From: the human T2T-CHM13v2.0 reference genome, Homo sapiens
Strand: one strand, 5' to 3'
Length of the DNA stretch: 64,000 nt
Assembly: GCF_009914755.1 (NCBI RefSeq)
Contig: NC_060928.1
Positions 16,328 through 29,529 of this stretch are shown here, in pieces. Made by a program: the position numbers and the translations under genes. Under the pieces are notes generated by a model, which was not told where the DNA came from, did not search any database, and saw only the letters and a list, made by a program, of their open reading frames with translations. Numbering within the stretch: the stretch's first letter is position 1; each line of letters begins with the position of its first letter.

Positions 16328-16479
16328 TTCCAATCACTACGAACAGCATTTGCTAATTTAATTAATTAACTATATCAAGAATTCCCAGAGTTAACTGTTG
16401 AGATTCCAATCACTGCAAAAAGCATTTGCTAATTTAATTAATTAACTCTGTATCAAGCACTCCCAAAGTTAACTGTTGA
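16328..16479. repeat. Tandem duplication, ~76 bp unit x2
   Basis: ttccaatcact..agcatttgctaatttaattaattaact..tatcaag..tccca.agttaactgttga occurs at 16328 and 16404. Confidence 0.95.
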
Positions 16480-17829
16480 AACTAAAATACTTCTACCCCA
16501 ACTCTAGGTCTTAAATAAATAAATGTCTATGTATATGTCACAAATAAGTTGGAATTTCTCAACTCTCACCTTGTTTGCCACTCAGCAACACTTTCATGTG
16601 CTAACACTTCTGTTCAAGACAGAAGACATTAATTAAATAATTAGCCTTGAGCTCAGACATGTAAACAAACACAATTGATGAATTCGTTAATTGTTCTTCC
16701 CTGCTGTGGACAGGAGCTATTGTTAGCAACAGTAATAATAGCACTGATTTGATTTCAGACAGGCACTTTGAATACAGGAGGCGAAATGCAGAACTCAGAT
16801 TCAGAGAAGGTAACTATAGAGGAGCATAGAGTGTTTTCTGAAAATACCAATTGTACAATTGCTCTGTTTATACAGTTACATGAAAGAGGACGAGGAATAC
16901 TGGCAAACCAAAAATAGCCTCGTCGATGAACATTTGAATTTGCACCAAACACTGACAATTCAATTATTTTTGCCAGGCTCCCAGCACTCAGAAATAAAAT
17001 AATTTAGAAAACATCTCAAAAAAATGGCATACTTTGAAAAAAAAAATCAACCACCTCCCTTCCTTTCAGCATCAGAAAGATTTGATCTGAACAAAAATGA
17101 AATTAAATAGTGTAGATTGGTGTTCCAGTGTTCCTCTAGGATTTCTTTATAAATGAAGTATAAATAGCAATTATCAGCAGACATGTGTACACTGGGCATA
17201 GGAGACATATGCCAGTTGACAACAAATTTCCAATAGGAAATATGAGGATAACTAGAAAGCAAACTGAAATATTTTTCTGCCGTTTATTAACATGCCAATC
17301 AGTCCGTAGTCCATAAAAATTTCATAAAATGCTGTAAACATTTCCCCATGTTCTTCATTCACATGAAAATCTGATGATATTATTTTCTGTGCTATAATTA
17401 ATAGAGGTTAATGGTGACTCTGCTGATGAGTAGAAGTGGTGTGATCTGATTTTTGTTGGCTGGACTGTAGAATTTCTATCACTGCAAGTTGGAAACAACA
17501 CCAAATTGTTACCGAACTGGGCCACCAGCCCCAGAAAGGAATACTCGACTTGCCAAACAAAAGTGGATCCCTCCACATGAAAAATAAGGGGAAAAAACAA
17601 AAAGGTAGAGAAAATATGAGAAAGGGAGGGAAAGGAGAAGAGAGTACAGGACAAATTGTCTCAGAAAAGCAGGTTTTCCCACAAGAAAAGATAAAGGACC
17701 ATGGGCAAAGAAAAGGAACTCACAAACCCAAACCCACTTTTCCCATGCAGACACTTGAAATTGACAACCACTGTTATTTTTAATTTTCTTCCAAGGTCAG
17801 GCCCAGTTTGAATCCCATCTCCAAGTAGT

Positions 17830-18060
17830 TGTCCAAACCTACCTGAGTGATGCCCTCCCCTGGCCCTGCAAACTCACACAACTGCATCTTACGCTCATAA
17901 GCTGACTTATGTGTCTATTTTGCTTCTCCACCCAGATCCCAAGCCCCTGTTGGACAGCAGCTGAGCTTTGCTCTCTTCAAATTCCCCACAGGATCTGGAC
18001 ATGACATCCTGCACAAGCACATGCTCAAAACATGTCTGTCAAATAAATTAATCAAGCAAA
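17830..18060 (+). mobile_element. L2 3' fragment
   Basis: Diverged L2 tail (aagcccc..gacagcag..tctcttcaaattcccc..gctcaaaacatgtctgtcaaataaattaat). Confidence 0.55.
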
Positions 18061-18669
18061 TGGCGTCTTCTAACATTCAGAGATTCTGAACATTTGTATT
18101 GTATGGCAGAGCTTTAAAATTGTTGAGAAAACATAGGAAAAAATGCTATGGAAAGAGCCTTGTGTAAGCCATGGTAGTCTGGCACTTGACTACAACTCAA
18201 AATACATGGCTAGCCAACCCAATTTAAGACTTCCTCTCTGCTTTCTCATATCACATTTTCCCACTGACTTCGAGTCAGGTGAAGCGCATGTCCCGTTCCC
18301 TTCTCAGGCAAGATGCTTCTAAGCCGAGTTATCAAATCTTGAATGAATTAGTAAATGAATGAATAAGTAGCCATGTGGGAGCTGGGAATTCAAAGATGAG
18401 AAAGCTCTTCTGTCTGTCCTCAAGATGTATACAATCACTCCGAAACACAAAGCGAGACGCAGATGTAAAAGCCAGCATTATAAAGGCAGGAAAAATTAAA
18501 TGTCTAAAAACAAATGTCATTGACTCTGAAGAGATTCTAACAGGTAAGGGCATTGTGGAAAGCCCTTTGGAATAGTTGCTAAGCCTTGAGTTACACCTTG
18601 AGAAATGTATCAGATATCCTCTGGTCAAGTGATGGGAAAGGGTCTTCCAGTCCCAGGAAGTAAAAACCA

Positions 18670-18900
18670 GCATGATGTAGTGGTGAGAGTCTGGGCTTTG
18701 CTCAGGGAAGAGCTAGGTTCCAATCTCAGGTCAGCCACTAAGAAAATGGTTGGCCTTATGTGACTTTCTCTTCGAACCTCGGTTTTGTTTTTTTTTTTCA
18801 TCTATAGGTAGGAGTGTCACTGCTAACCTCAACAGGCTCTTGAATTAAAATATGATAATGTATTTTAAATGTCTAGCAAAATTTATTGAAGAAGGCAGAT
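18670..18900 (+). mobile_element. MIR
   Basis: agcatgatgtagtggtgagagtctgggctttg..aggttccaatctcagg..gccacta..tcatctata..aattaaaatatgataatgt. Confidence 0.75.
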
Positions 18901-19004
18901 GCTTAAGATCTTAAGGTGCATTTGAGAAACAAATCAATCTGTGAAGTATTTATAAGAGGGACATACTATGGATCTAACACTCCCTGTCAAAAAGACAAGC
19001 AGAG

Positions 19005-19274
19005 GGCTGGGCACAGTGACTTGTGACTGTAATCCTAGCACTTTGGGAGGCCGAGGTGGGTGAACAGCTTGAGCCCAAGAGTTGGAGACCAGCCTGGGCA
19101 ACATGGCAAAGCCCTTTCTCTACAAAACGTAGCGTGCACCTGTAGTCCCAGCTACTCAGGAGGCTGAGGCATGAGGATTGCTTAAGCCCTGGTAATCAAG
19201 GCTGCAGTGAGCCAAGATCTCACCACTGCACTCCAGCCTAGGCAATACAACAAAACCCTGTCAAAAAAAAAAAA
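19005..19274 (+). mobile_element. AluJo-like, with a short internal deletion at the linker
   Basis: J diagnostics cttgagcccaagagtt, cctgggcaacatggcaa and caaggctgcagtgagc. Confidence 0.92.
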
Positions 19275-19393
19275 TACAAGAGGAATATGATCATTATGTT
19301 TAACTTCCTGTGCCCTCATGAAGCTTGTGGTTTAGCTGCAAACAAAAAACACACAAACACTGAGGCAAGTATGACCTAAGGTCCAGTGGAAAC

Positions 19394-19506
19394 TAGAGTG
19401 AACATTACTCTAGGTTTGACATGGACTGAGCAGGTTCCCTGGATATGGAATTTTCTGTGCTAAAACCAGGGAAGTCCTGAGCGAACCATAATGAGTTGGT
19501 CACCCA
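19394..19506. mobile_element. MER94-like hAT-Blackjack MITE
   Basis: Degenerate TIRs tagagtgaac.. / ..gagttggtcaccca. Internal gtgctaaaaccagggaagtcctg. Confidence 0.7.
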
Positions 19507-20704
19507 AGTGGGCAGATGCAAGTTACAGGATCCACAAGAGATCCAAGAAAGGAACTAGCAAGCACTAGGATCTCTATAATTGGGGGTGGGTCCATGCAAA
19601 ATGAGAATGTATAGACCCCTATACCCAGCTGTTTTCTTTCTTCCTGTTGCTATGATTATTAATATTTTTTGAAATAAGATCCACTCATCATAAAACTCAA
19701 ATTTGAACAGGACCCTTAGCTTTGAATATGAACCCTGGCTTTCTGTTTTTCTCATTTTGGAGATGGATAAACTGAGCCCCAAAGACAGGTTAAACAACTT
19801 GTTCAAATCAACGACACAGCTGGAAATAAAACCCAGTTTCTTTACCTCCTGGTTCAGTATGTATTTTGGGATATATAACACAGGCTTCAAACAGTGTTTA
19901 AGTTCTATTTAACCTTAGTGGGGAATATTCCAATTAACATATCCACCCCCGGGTGTTTCTCCCAGTTGAAATTTTCTTCCTTTTTAGTAAACTGAAGCAG
20001 ACACTCCCCCACCCTCCCCACTTGCTATTTTTTTTTTTCTTACTAAAGCTGGCAAGTGTTAGTGTCTCCTTTGGTGCCTGCTCAATTCAACTCAACAGAA
20101 GCTTGAAATGTATTCCATTTTTTGGTAACAGTTAGGAAAGGACTGTCAAGGGGTGGAGAAGATCAATCACTCGTGGAAAATGCTAGGTGTCCCATTATGG
20201 TATGATAAGTTCAGCTGCAGAGTATATGCATTTTTTTGCTCTCTGAATAAATGGCAGAAGTCAGTTCTCCATAAATTCAAAATGTATATGAGAACATGAA
20301 ATCATATTTTAAGTGGATTTCACAATTGCTCCTCTTTATCATTCTAAATACCAAAGATTAAGCTTGCCTCTTGGCTGTTGCGGTCTTTTCTCTCTCTCTT
20401 TTTTTTTTTTTTTTAACTTTTGTTTAATCAGATATGAATACTGGTTGGTGGCTTTTATTGTTCAGAACTACCTGAAAGGGAAAGAGAGAAAATGAACTCT
20501 GCCTGCTGCCTCCATTCCAAACAATGTTTATTTTCATTATAACTCTTCCTGGCCTGTTTCAAAATGGCATTGTTACCCAAATGGTGTTGCTGACCAAAAT
20601 ACCTTTTTACTAAGCTAATCCACAGTTCCCATCCCTTCGCTACTTTGATACAAGACACTCATTTTTCTCCTTCAAATTTAATTTATTCAAGGATACCACA
20701 TAGA

Positions 20705-20840
20705 GGCTGTATAGGGTTGTGGTTAAGGACCCACATGCTGGAGCAAAAATCTCTGGGTTCAAATCCCAGCAATATTACTTCTTAGCTGCATAAACTTGGC
20801 CAAGTCATTTCACTTTTCTGTTTCTGAAAAATAAAAGATG
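20705..20840 (+). mobile_element. MIR
   Basis: gtggttaagga..ctggag..ctgggttcaaatcccagc..acttcttagctg..ttggccaagtcatttcac. Confidence 0.8.
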
Positions 20841-20979
20841 GCAGATCCTCTGATCATCATCCATTTTGTTCCCAAGAAAAGTCCCCCTGAACCACATTCC
20901 CAGGCCATCATGGGTCAACTGCTCTGCAGTTAAGATTCAGCTCTCAGCATCTTTAATCCTTTGTTTATTTTTCTTCTCT

Positions 20980-22130
20980 GAATCGATCTGCAAAGCTCTT
21001 CATCTTCTAATAGTGTCAGCCTCTGGGGGACTCCTTCAGAATCTCCTTGGTGTGCTCCATTTTCTCTTCCTCCAAACATCTTCTCAACTCCGTCTTTATT
21101 CTCTTCCTAGAAAATCTCACCTGAGCATTAAATAATATCCTACATGTATATCTCTAACAGTGATTTTTTTCTCTGAACTCCTGCATATCCTATCTGCCTC
21201 TTCCTGGATGAGTAGTTGAACTTGACCACAAGTGTCTCCCTGAATATGCACCTCCCCAGCTTCTTCCTAACTCAATAAACAGCATGCCCATCCATCCTGT
21301 TGTTCATGCCCAAAGCCGAGGAGTCAGTCCTGTTTTTTCTCTTTCCTTCACCCTCCCAAATCCATATTCCAAGAGCTCTGCTTCCAAAACCTGTCCTGAT
21401 CCAACCCCATCTTTCCATTTCTATTCCCACCATTGTTGATTTGGTCTGAATCTTGGCGGCATCCTTCTAACTGGTCTCCCTGCTTTGATTATTGCCCTCA
21501 TCCCCCACCCCACAATTCTCCCTCTCTACTCTGCAGCCAGAAAAGTCAGAAAAAATAAAAAAGCAAATTAGATATCACTTTTCAATTTAAAAAACCACTC
21601 CCCCAACCCCTTACCCTTCCAACACACACTGTCTTCCTTTTACATGTAGAATAAACTCTTCTTTACCAAGGCTTAGGAATGCCGCCATGATCTAGCCCCT
21701 GCCCACCTCCCCACTTTTCCTTCCCCCCTCCCTCCTATGTTCACTACACTCTCCAACCCTTTTTGTTTTTCAAATGCTCTAAGCCCATCTCTACTTTGTG
21801 AGAGATCTTTGCAATAGTTATTGCCTCTGACCAGAATATTCTCCCTCCCCTCCCATCATTCAGGTTGCCCAATAGACATCTCCCCAGGGCAAATTCCCTG
21901 CTGTTCTACCATGAGAACCTCATCATCAGTCACTTTCTCTCTCATTATCCTGCTTTGCTTTTGTCAGACTTCATTGCCAACCAAAATATTATTTTCTTTG
22001 TCACTCATTTATTATCTGTCTTCCGCCAAACTCCACAAGAGCAGGGACCTTGTCTAGCTCACTGTCCCAAGCTCAACATTAAAACAAGATCAGGCATATG
22101 TCATGCTCTCCGTTAGTATTTGTTGAATCT
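20980..22130 (+). mobile_element. Long L2 remnant
   Basis: Pyrimidine-rich L2 body (ctctgaactcc, ccatccatcctgttgttcatgcc, ttctaactggtctccctgct) ending gagcagggaccttgtct..tatttgttgaat. Confidence 0.8.
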
Positions 22131-22549
22131 CTAAATGGCCAACTTTTAAAATCGCTCACTTCCCTGAATTCATCCACATTGCACTGGTGAGCTTTTACAG
22201 GCCTAGATAATTATATTGTAATTAGTCTGAAAGAAAGGCATTTAAGTTATAAGTTAACAAGCAGATGAATGACTGTTCTGAGGACACTGACCAATTCCTC
22301 ATTATCTCTGGAGTAAAATAAACAGGCAGAAGCTGGCTTAAATTGTTGTGGAACAGCTTGAATTGCTGTAAGGAAAATCTTTTTGATTTTGAGGGTCATG
22401 AATAATTGAGAAAGGCTATAAAGAAAGGTGTCAGTACTTGATTCCTAAAGCACTTAGCAACCAATAGCCAGTTATTTGCCTTAGATGCTTCAGTAATTTG
22501 TTAATTTATTGCCATTTATTAACGTGTTATATAACCTAGAATATATATA

Positions 22550-22717
22550 ATATTTCAATCACTCTAAAATATACCTTTTCCTACATCTTATCACCTCTGA
22601 TATCAGAAAGTATCTTACAACTGATAATAGCGCATGATAGTTGAACTGACAGCAGTTTCTTAGTGGTATGTACAATAACGGTACTTAATATATTGCATCT
22701 TAGACTCGATAAAGTAT
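22550..22717. mobile_element. MER104-like TcMar-Tc2 MITE
   Basis: Degenerate TIRs atatttcaatcactctaaaat / gcatcttagactcgataaagtat. Confidence 0.55.
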
Positions 22718-22819
22718 AATAATTTATGATATCACATTTGCTGAATGCTGGCTTTGGACAAGCATTTATAAATGTTGTCTTATTTGTTAATCCTTACAAT
22801 CAGCCTATATGATAAATAA

Positions 22820-23174
<355 letters not shown>

Positions 23175-25039
23175 TTAAGTAAATTTTCTAAAGTCACATA
23201 GCTTATAAATGCTAAAGCCCATGATTTAATCCAGATCTATCTGACCTCCAAACCAATTCTCATCACCACTTTCCTATAATAGTTATTGTTAAATTAAATT
23301 AGGTTTTGTACATAAAATGCAAATGCCCATCACAAACAAGTCACATAGTAGGTTTTCAACTCATGTCAGTTCCCTTCCTCTCTGTGAGTTTACATGTGCC
23401 TGAATGTACAAGCATCAGCTGTGCTCTGATTCCATGTTTTATATAAAACTTCTTAGAGGGCAAGCTTTGGCAGTCAGAATTTGAGGTCTGGCTTTTGAAA
23501 ATATCTGAGCCCCTATCAAAGGCAGCAAATTAGCTGGGAAGTCAGTGGGACCATATAGTGATCACACTGCTGAAAGGCCACTCCCTGATGAGCAAGAGAG
23601 AGCAAAGCAGCCAAATTAACTCTCTGCCTAAGTCCTGACTAGTGGAACACTAACAAGATTAGACTTTGGAAGTAGGCAGGACAAATCTACTATACCAAGT
23701 GAGGTAGAGCACTGTGGGAAATTCAGTGGTTTTCAAGTCTGACAGTCTCAAACTCAAATCCCAGCTCTCCTTCTCAACCACCTGACCCACTTAACCTCTC
23801 TGGATTTTAGACCTCTAATCTCTCAGTCAGAAGAGGTACTTCTTTCTCTGCAGGGTTGCAGTAAGGAATTGTTCATTTCACAAATATTCATCGAGAACTT
23901 TCTATGTGCATGTGGGATACATCATTGAACAAAACAGATAAAAAGCCTTGTCCTTATTCATCTTACATTTTAGCAACTAGTGCAAATATATGTGGAGTAT
24001 CTAGCATGTTACTTGGTGATTATTAAGACCATTAAAACTATTAAGTAAGTAAAAGTATTAGCATCGTATATTGTAATTGGAACTGGTGTGCAGTTTAAAT
24101 TTGCCCAGGGATTCTGAATAGAGCATCAAGCTGTTCCATCATGCCTATGTCTCCTCTACCAAGAAGGACATCAAGACTGCTGCATGCCTGGCTCTTCATC
24201 ATGCCAATCTCTTCAAAGAGGAATGCTTTCTAAATTAGGTCATTCTTCCTGCCTGGCCCCATGCCTCCATCATCTCAACTCAGCTGTTTCACACACCTTA
24301 CCACAATCTGAACTCTCATTTTTAAATGTGTTTCCTTATATATTGTCCCTTCCCCTTGTAGAAAATAAGCACCTGAGTTCAGGGACCCTTGTTCTTCATA
24401 CCTAGAACAGGCCCTGACACTTAATATTTGCAGAATAAGCATCAGTGATATACTTTCCATTTCTAGAAACAAGCTGCAATTTAGAAATATGCTTTGAACT
24501 CAAGGGTAAAGTTGGGACCTACTGAACAAAACACTCAAACTATGGCTACCGGTAGCCAATGTGATACAGGGTTGGCTGAAGGCTTCAGAGGCAGGGTCCC
24601 AGATCCTGGAAAGATAAAATCACTCTGTTTTATTCTGAGACCTGCAAACTCTTAGAATGAAAGTTTTCAGATCTTTCATAGCTGCTGGCTATAGGATAAG
24701 TGATCAGAAAAGGAGTCTGGCAAAAGGCCAGAGCTACCCTCAATGAAATGGTTCTCAAGTCCTACTGACTGGTCCTAAATAAGGAAGAGCATGACTTGGG
24801 ATTGCAGTGGTCAAGAAGGAAGAATATAGCATTGTTAAATGATGCAGGTCCCCCTTGAGCAAGTAAATCTAAAACACTCGAATCTCAATGACTTTATTCA
24901 AGGGTCTCTCTTCTCAAATCTAGCTATGTACTCTCCCACCTCTCAGCTTTTGCTCATAATTAGGAATTCTAGTCTGACCCTACCTAGAAAGTTCAACTCA
25001 TCACAATTCATCCCTGCCTGCAAGAGTCAGCTCAGGTTT

Positions 25040-25240
25040 CCCATGGAAGGAGCCTGGGCTTTGAAGGAAGGCAGATTTGGATTCAGATACCAAGTCTGTC
25101 ACCTATGGGATGTGGGGCTGTGTGCCGATAAGAGGCCACTTAACTCCTTGCAGCCCCCAAACCCCAGTTTCCTCACCTGGAAAATGGGTCTGTCGGGATC
25201 TACCTCATTCTTGGGGTTGTCATGAGATACTATGAGGGAA
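25040..25240 (+). mobile_element. MIR
   Basis: ctgggctttgaagg.aggcagatttggattc..cacttaactcc..cagtttcctcacctggaaaatggg. Confidence 0.75.
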
Positions 25241-25526
25241 TTACTAGAAAGGGGAATGGAGGCTGGGCCGGCAGCAAACTAGAAATGAGTAGTATAAGAG
25301 GGTTTTCATTTCATTGAAGATAAAACGTAAAGAGATAGCTAAGCTTCCTACGTAGTTCAGAGAGGTTCCGATGGTAAATTCAGAGAAGGTCAGCAGGAAG
25401 GGGGTTGGCAGGGAGCTATGGCTTCACTGAGTGCTAGCCACTGCATCAGGCAGTAGGAGACACAGAGGTAACCAAAGGTGATATAACTCTTTCACTTGTG
25501 AAGCTTCCATTTTAATAAAAAGTAAT

Positions 25527-25619
25527 GGCACACACATGTTTATAGCAGCACAATTCACAACTGCAAAAATACGGAACCAGCCCAAATGCCCATCTCAATG
25601 AGTGAATAAAGAAATTGTG

Positions 25620-25674
<55 letters not shown>

Positions 25675-26052
25675 ATGGAATACTATTCAGCCATAAAAAA
25701 GGAATGAAATAATGGCATTCGCAGCAACCTGCATGGAATTGGAGACCATTATTCTAAGTGAAGTAACTCAGGAATGGAAAACCAAACATCGTATATTCTC
25801 ACTCATAAATGGGAGTTAAGCTATGAGGATGCAAAGGCCTAAGAATGATACAATGGACTTTGGGGACTTGGGAGGAAAGGGTGGGAAGGGAGTGAGGAAT
25901 AAAAGACTACAAATTGGATTCAGTATATACTGCTCAGCTGATGGGTGCACAAAAATCTCACAAATCACTACTGAAGAAATTATTCATGTAACCAAACACA
26001 ACCTGTTCCCCAATAACCTATGGAAATAAAAATAAAATAAAATAAAATAAAA
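25527..26052 (+). mobile_element. L1PB-type 3' end (L1PB1-like)
   Basis: gaagtaactcaggaatggaaaaccaaacatcgt..gaggatgcaaaggc.taagaatgatacaatggactttgggg..caataacctatggaaataaa with (TAAAA)n tail. Confidence 0.9.
25624..25673. repeat. (AC)25 microsatellite within the L1
   Basis: Read directly. Confidence 0.95.
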
Positions 26053-26251
26053 GGGCTTTTGAGCCAGGCTGATCTGAGTATGTACTCCCCTCAGCCATAT
26101 TCCCACAGTGGGCCTTGGACAAGTGAGCCAAGCTTACCAAAGTTGTCTCCTTAGCTGTAGAGTTAATATTGGCTATATTGAAGAATCTTACTAAGATGAA
26201 GTGGGATACATATGTTAAGGGCCTTTCCTGAAATAGATGTTCCTTACTTCC

Positions 26252-26554
<303 letters not shown>

Positions 26555-29529
26555 CTTACTTCCTTCTTATTGGCATTTTCTGCCATGCCAGAAATGTGCA
26601 AGTGTTTTGTTACATTTTCTTCTAATGACAATAAGATAAAATTTAAGGAAAACAAACACCAAGTATTTTTTGTCCATCTCCTTTTCTAAAAAAATAATAT
26701 TTTACAAAATATTGTCATATGCATATGTTCTGAATACACATCATGGCTCTCATACAATAGTCTTTATTTATTTCTCAAAAATACAGGATCTGATGATTTG
26801 AATGCTCCCCAAGCCCTGTGATCAACAGCAATGCCATTTGTGTGTGTTTCCACTAAATTATGTGCCATACTAGATAAAAGATTTGTTGTGAAAAACAGCC
26901 ACTTCCAAAAGTAAGAGAGTTTATCAATTCTAATCATTCTTATCCAAAATTAGTTGTCAAGTTTCAATGGCTGAAATGAATTTAACAACATAAATTTCGT
27001 ACCACTGCTGAATGTCTAATGCAACCTCATAGAGCAGTCCTGAATACACAGCCCTGTCGGGGTTCACCAACTACTTTTAAAATATCAGCACTTTTGTGGT
27101 ATAATAGAGCCTATTAACAACAGTTGGCTGACATTAGAGGTAGTCAAACTAAGCATCAATTTAAAAAAATATGCTGACCTTTCCGAAAATTAAGAAGCAG
27201 TTGCCCCATACTCACCAAAGGGAAATCGGAATAATTACTGTGGCATTATGAAACCCAGTTATTTGACTAATAGCGATATTTTTTCACTGCCGCAAAAAGC
27301 TAGCAAATACATTATGACGCTATAACAATACTGATATTCATAAAATCTCATTAGGCCAACTAGAAGTCAAACATTAGCCAATCATGCTTCTGCTTCCTAC
27401 TTACAGATCAAAGCTAAATACATGCTTTAGCCAGTTAGAAACAAAATTGAATTTGAGATCTGCATCGCTCTCATTAAGTACCACTCTGTTAGGCTGTGTT
27501 TAAGACGAACAGCCCATAGGGAGCTTTTTCCAAACCAATGAGAAGGCCTCCTGACCATCTCAAACTTGAAATTCCATTACTGTTAATTTAAATAAACACA
27601 TTTTGAAGCAGTCTGGACTTCCACTGCCCTGCTTTCTCTTTCCTTGTTCATTTGACCACAGGTTGGTTTATTTATAGCAAAAGAAAATCCTGTTTGATAG
27701 AATAATTCTCATTTTCAAAATAAGCATCTCTGTATTGTGTCCCATAATAAAAATAGGCAACTATCTTCCTTGCATGCTTATTTTTCTTCTCTGATATTAG
27801 CTCTTAATTGAAAGGAAAGGCAAATAAACTGACTTAAACAGGTGTTATGAGTGAGCTGAGCTCCATGCAGAAAGAAAGGAAGTTGAATGAGTCAGTAGCA
27901 GAGTGGGGCTGGTACCCGATGCAGAAGCAAACCCTCAGAGTCATCAGTTGCTGGGACAGAGCAGGGGACCTTTTCCTGGATGAGACCACATTTTAAAATT
28001 CCAATAAGCAGCACAAACACAGCAGCACTGGCAAAATGTGTCTCCCCTCATGCTGAGAAGGTTCACTGCCTCTCCTATATCATTTATAGTCCACAGCTGG
28101 AAGTTATTCCACCGGGTTGCCCAGGAGAGGGGAGCAATGCCCAGAGACTGACAGCTTTGAGCTGAGCCTCCTGTCCATAATCTCTGACTGTATCTCCATG
28201 GTGCCACATATACATGTATATATACACACACACACATACATATGCCATCTTGTTGGTTTACACAGGGACATCAAACAGAAAGGGGTTGATTTGATTTTGT
28301 TTTATCCTTTCAAATTAGTAGCCTTAGAGAATCTGTTTTAAAATTACTGAAAGCACTGCCACATTACATAGAATGCACAGCTATCATAGCTTGCAGCACA
28401 TGGGAAAAGTATGACTGAGTCTTTGCTTTGTTCCTGGTGCACAGATTGAAGGGTATATAAACCTTCTGGCTACACACATTGGCAGACCTAGAATTTCTAT
28501 AGGGGGAAGGAAGGCGGGCAAGCAGATTGAGATGGGGGTAAGGAGGTTGTCTCAATGTGACATTTTGCAGAGCAAGTGCACTATTTTGACTTTGCACATT
28601 TATTTGGTGTGGGAGAGGAGCCTGCTGAGGGGGACGATTCAAAGTCCCTCCAAGATTTGCTGACACAACTAAAAGGAGTAGCTACAATAATCTTTTGGTC
28701 AATGTATGACCTATCTGACTCCTTTATAACTCTCTCAAAATATGGAAGCATTTGAGGAAAGCGAAATAATTTAAATAAAAATATTAGGACCCTTTTTCCA
28801 TAATGGAAATTTCTAATGGACATATTAACAATTAAATTCCAAAAATTAAAAAATTTTAATTTTTTTATTTAAAAAAATAACTGAATGCTGGTATTTGGGA
28901 TCCTGTGCTTGAAAGTGCATGAAATTTGATCAAACTGAAATTAAAATTGTGACAAGGCACACTATATGCAAAAATATTAGGATAATGAAAATAAAACTAA
29001 TCTTTGTATAGAACTTTTTCAATTTACAAACGTTTTTCAAATGATGAAACTCTCTGGATTTTTGTGGCAACCCTGATTGATAATGACATAAGCAAGATAC
29101 CAATGACCTCATTTTATACAGGAATACATTGTTTTATTGTGCTTTGCTTTATCACACTTCCCAGATAATGCAATTTTTTTTACAAATTGAAAGTTTGTGG
29201 CAACACTGCAATGAGCAAGTCTGTCAGCACCACTTTTCCAATAGCACGTGCTTATTTCATGTCTCTGTATCACATTTTGGTAAGTCTCATGGTATTTCAA
29301 GCTTTTTCATTATTATTATATCTGTTAAGGTGATCTGTGATCAGTGAACTTTAATGTTACTATTGTATTTGTATTAGGGTGCCATGATCCATTACCATAT
29401 AAGAGGTTGAACTTGATCAATAAACGTGTGTGTTCTGACTGCTCCACTGACCAGTGGTTCTCCTCTCTCTCTCCCTGTTTCTCCTCAGGCCTCCCTATTC
29501 CCTGAGACACACAATATTAAGCTAATTAG

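Noticed and set aside
16328-16479. CRISPR-like repeat-spacer pattern
   Set aside because: Only two adjacent units with no unique spacers, in eukaryotic DNA; a simple tandem duplication.
28841-28880. AT-only palindrome
   Set aside because: Low complexity; expected by chance.
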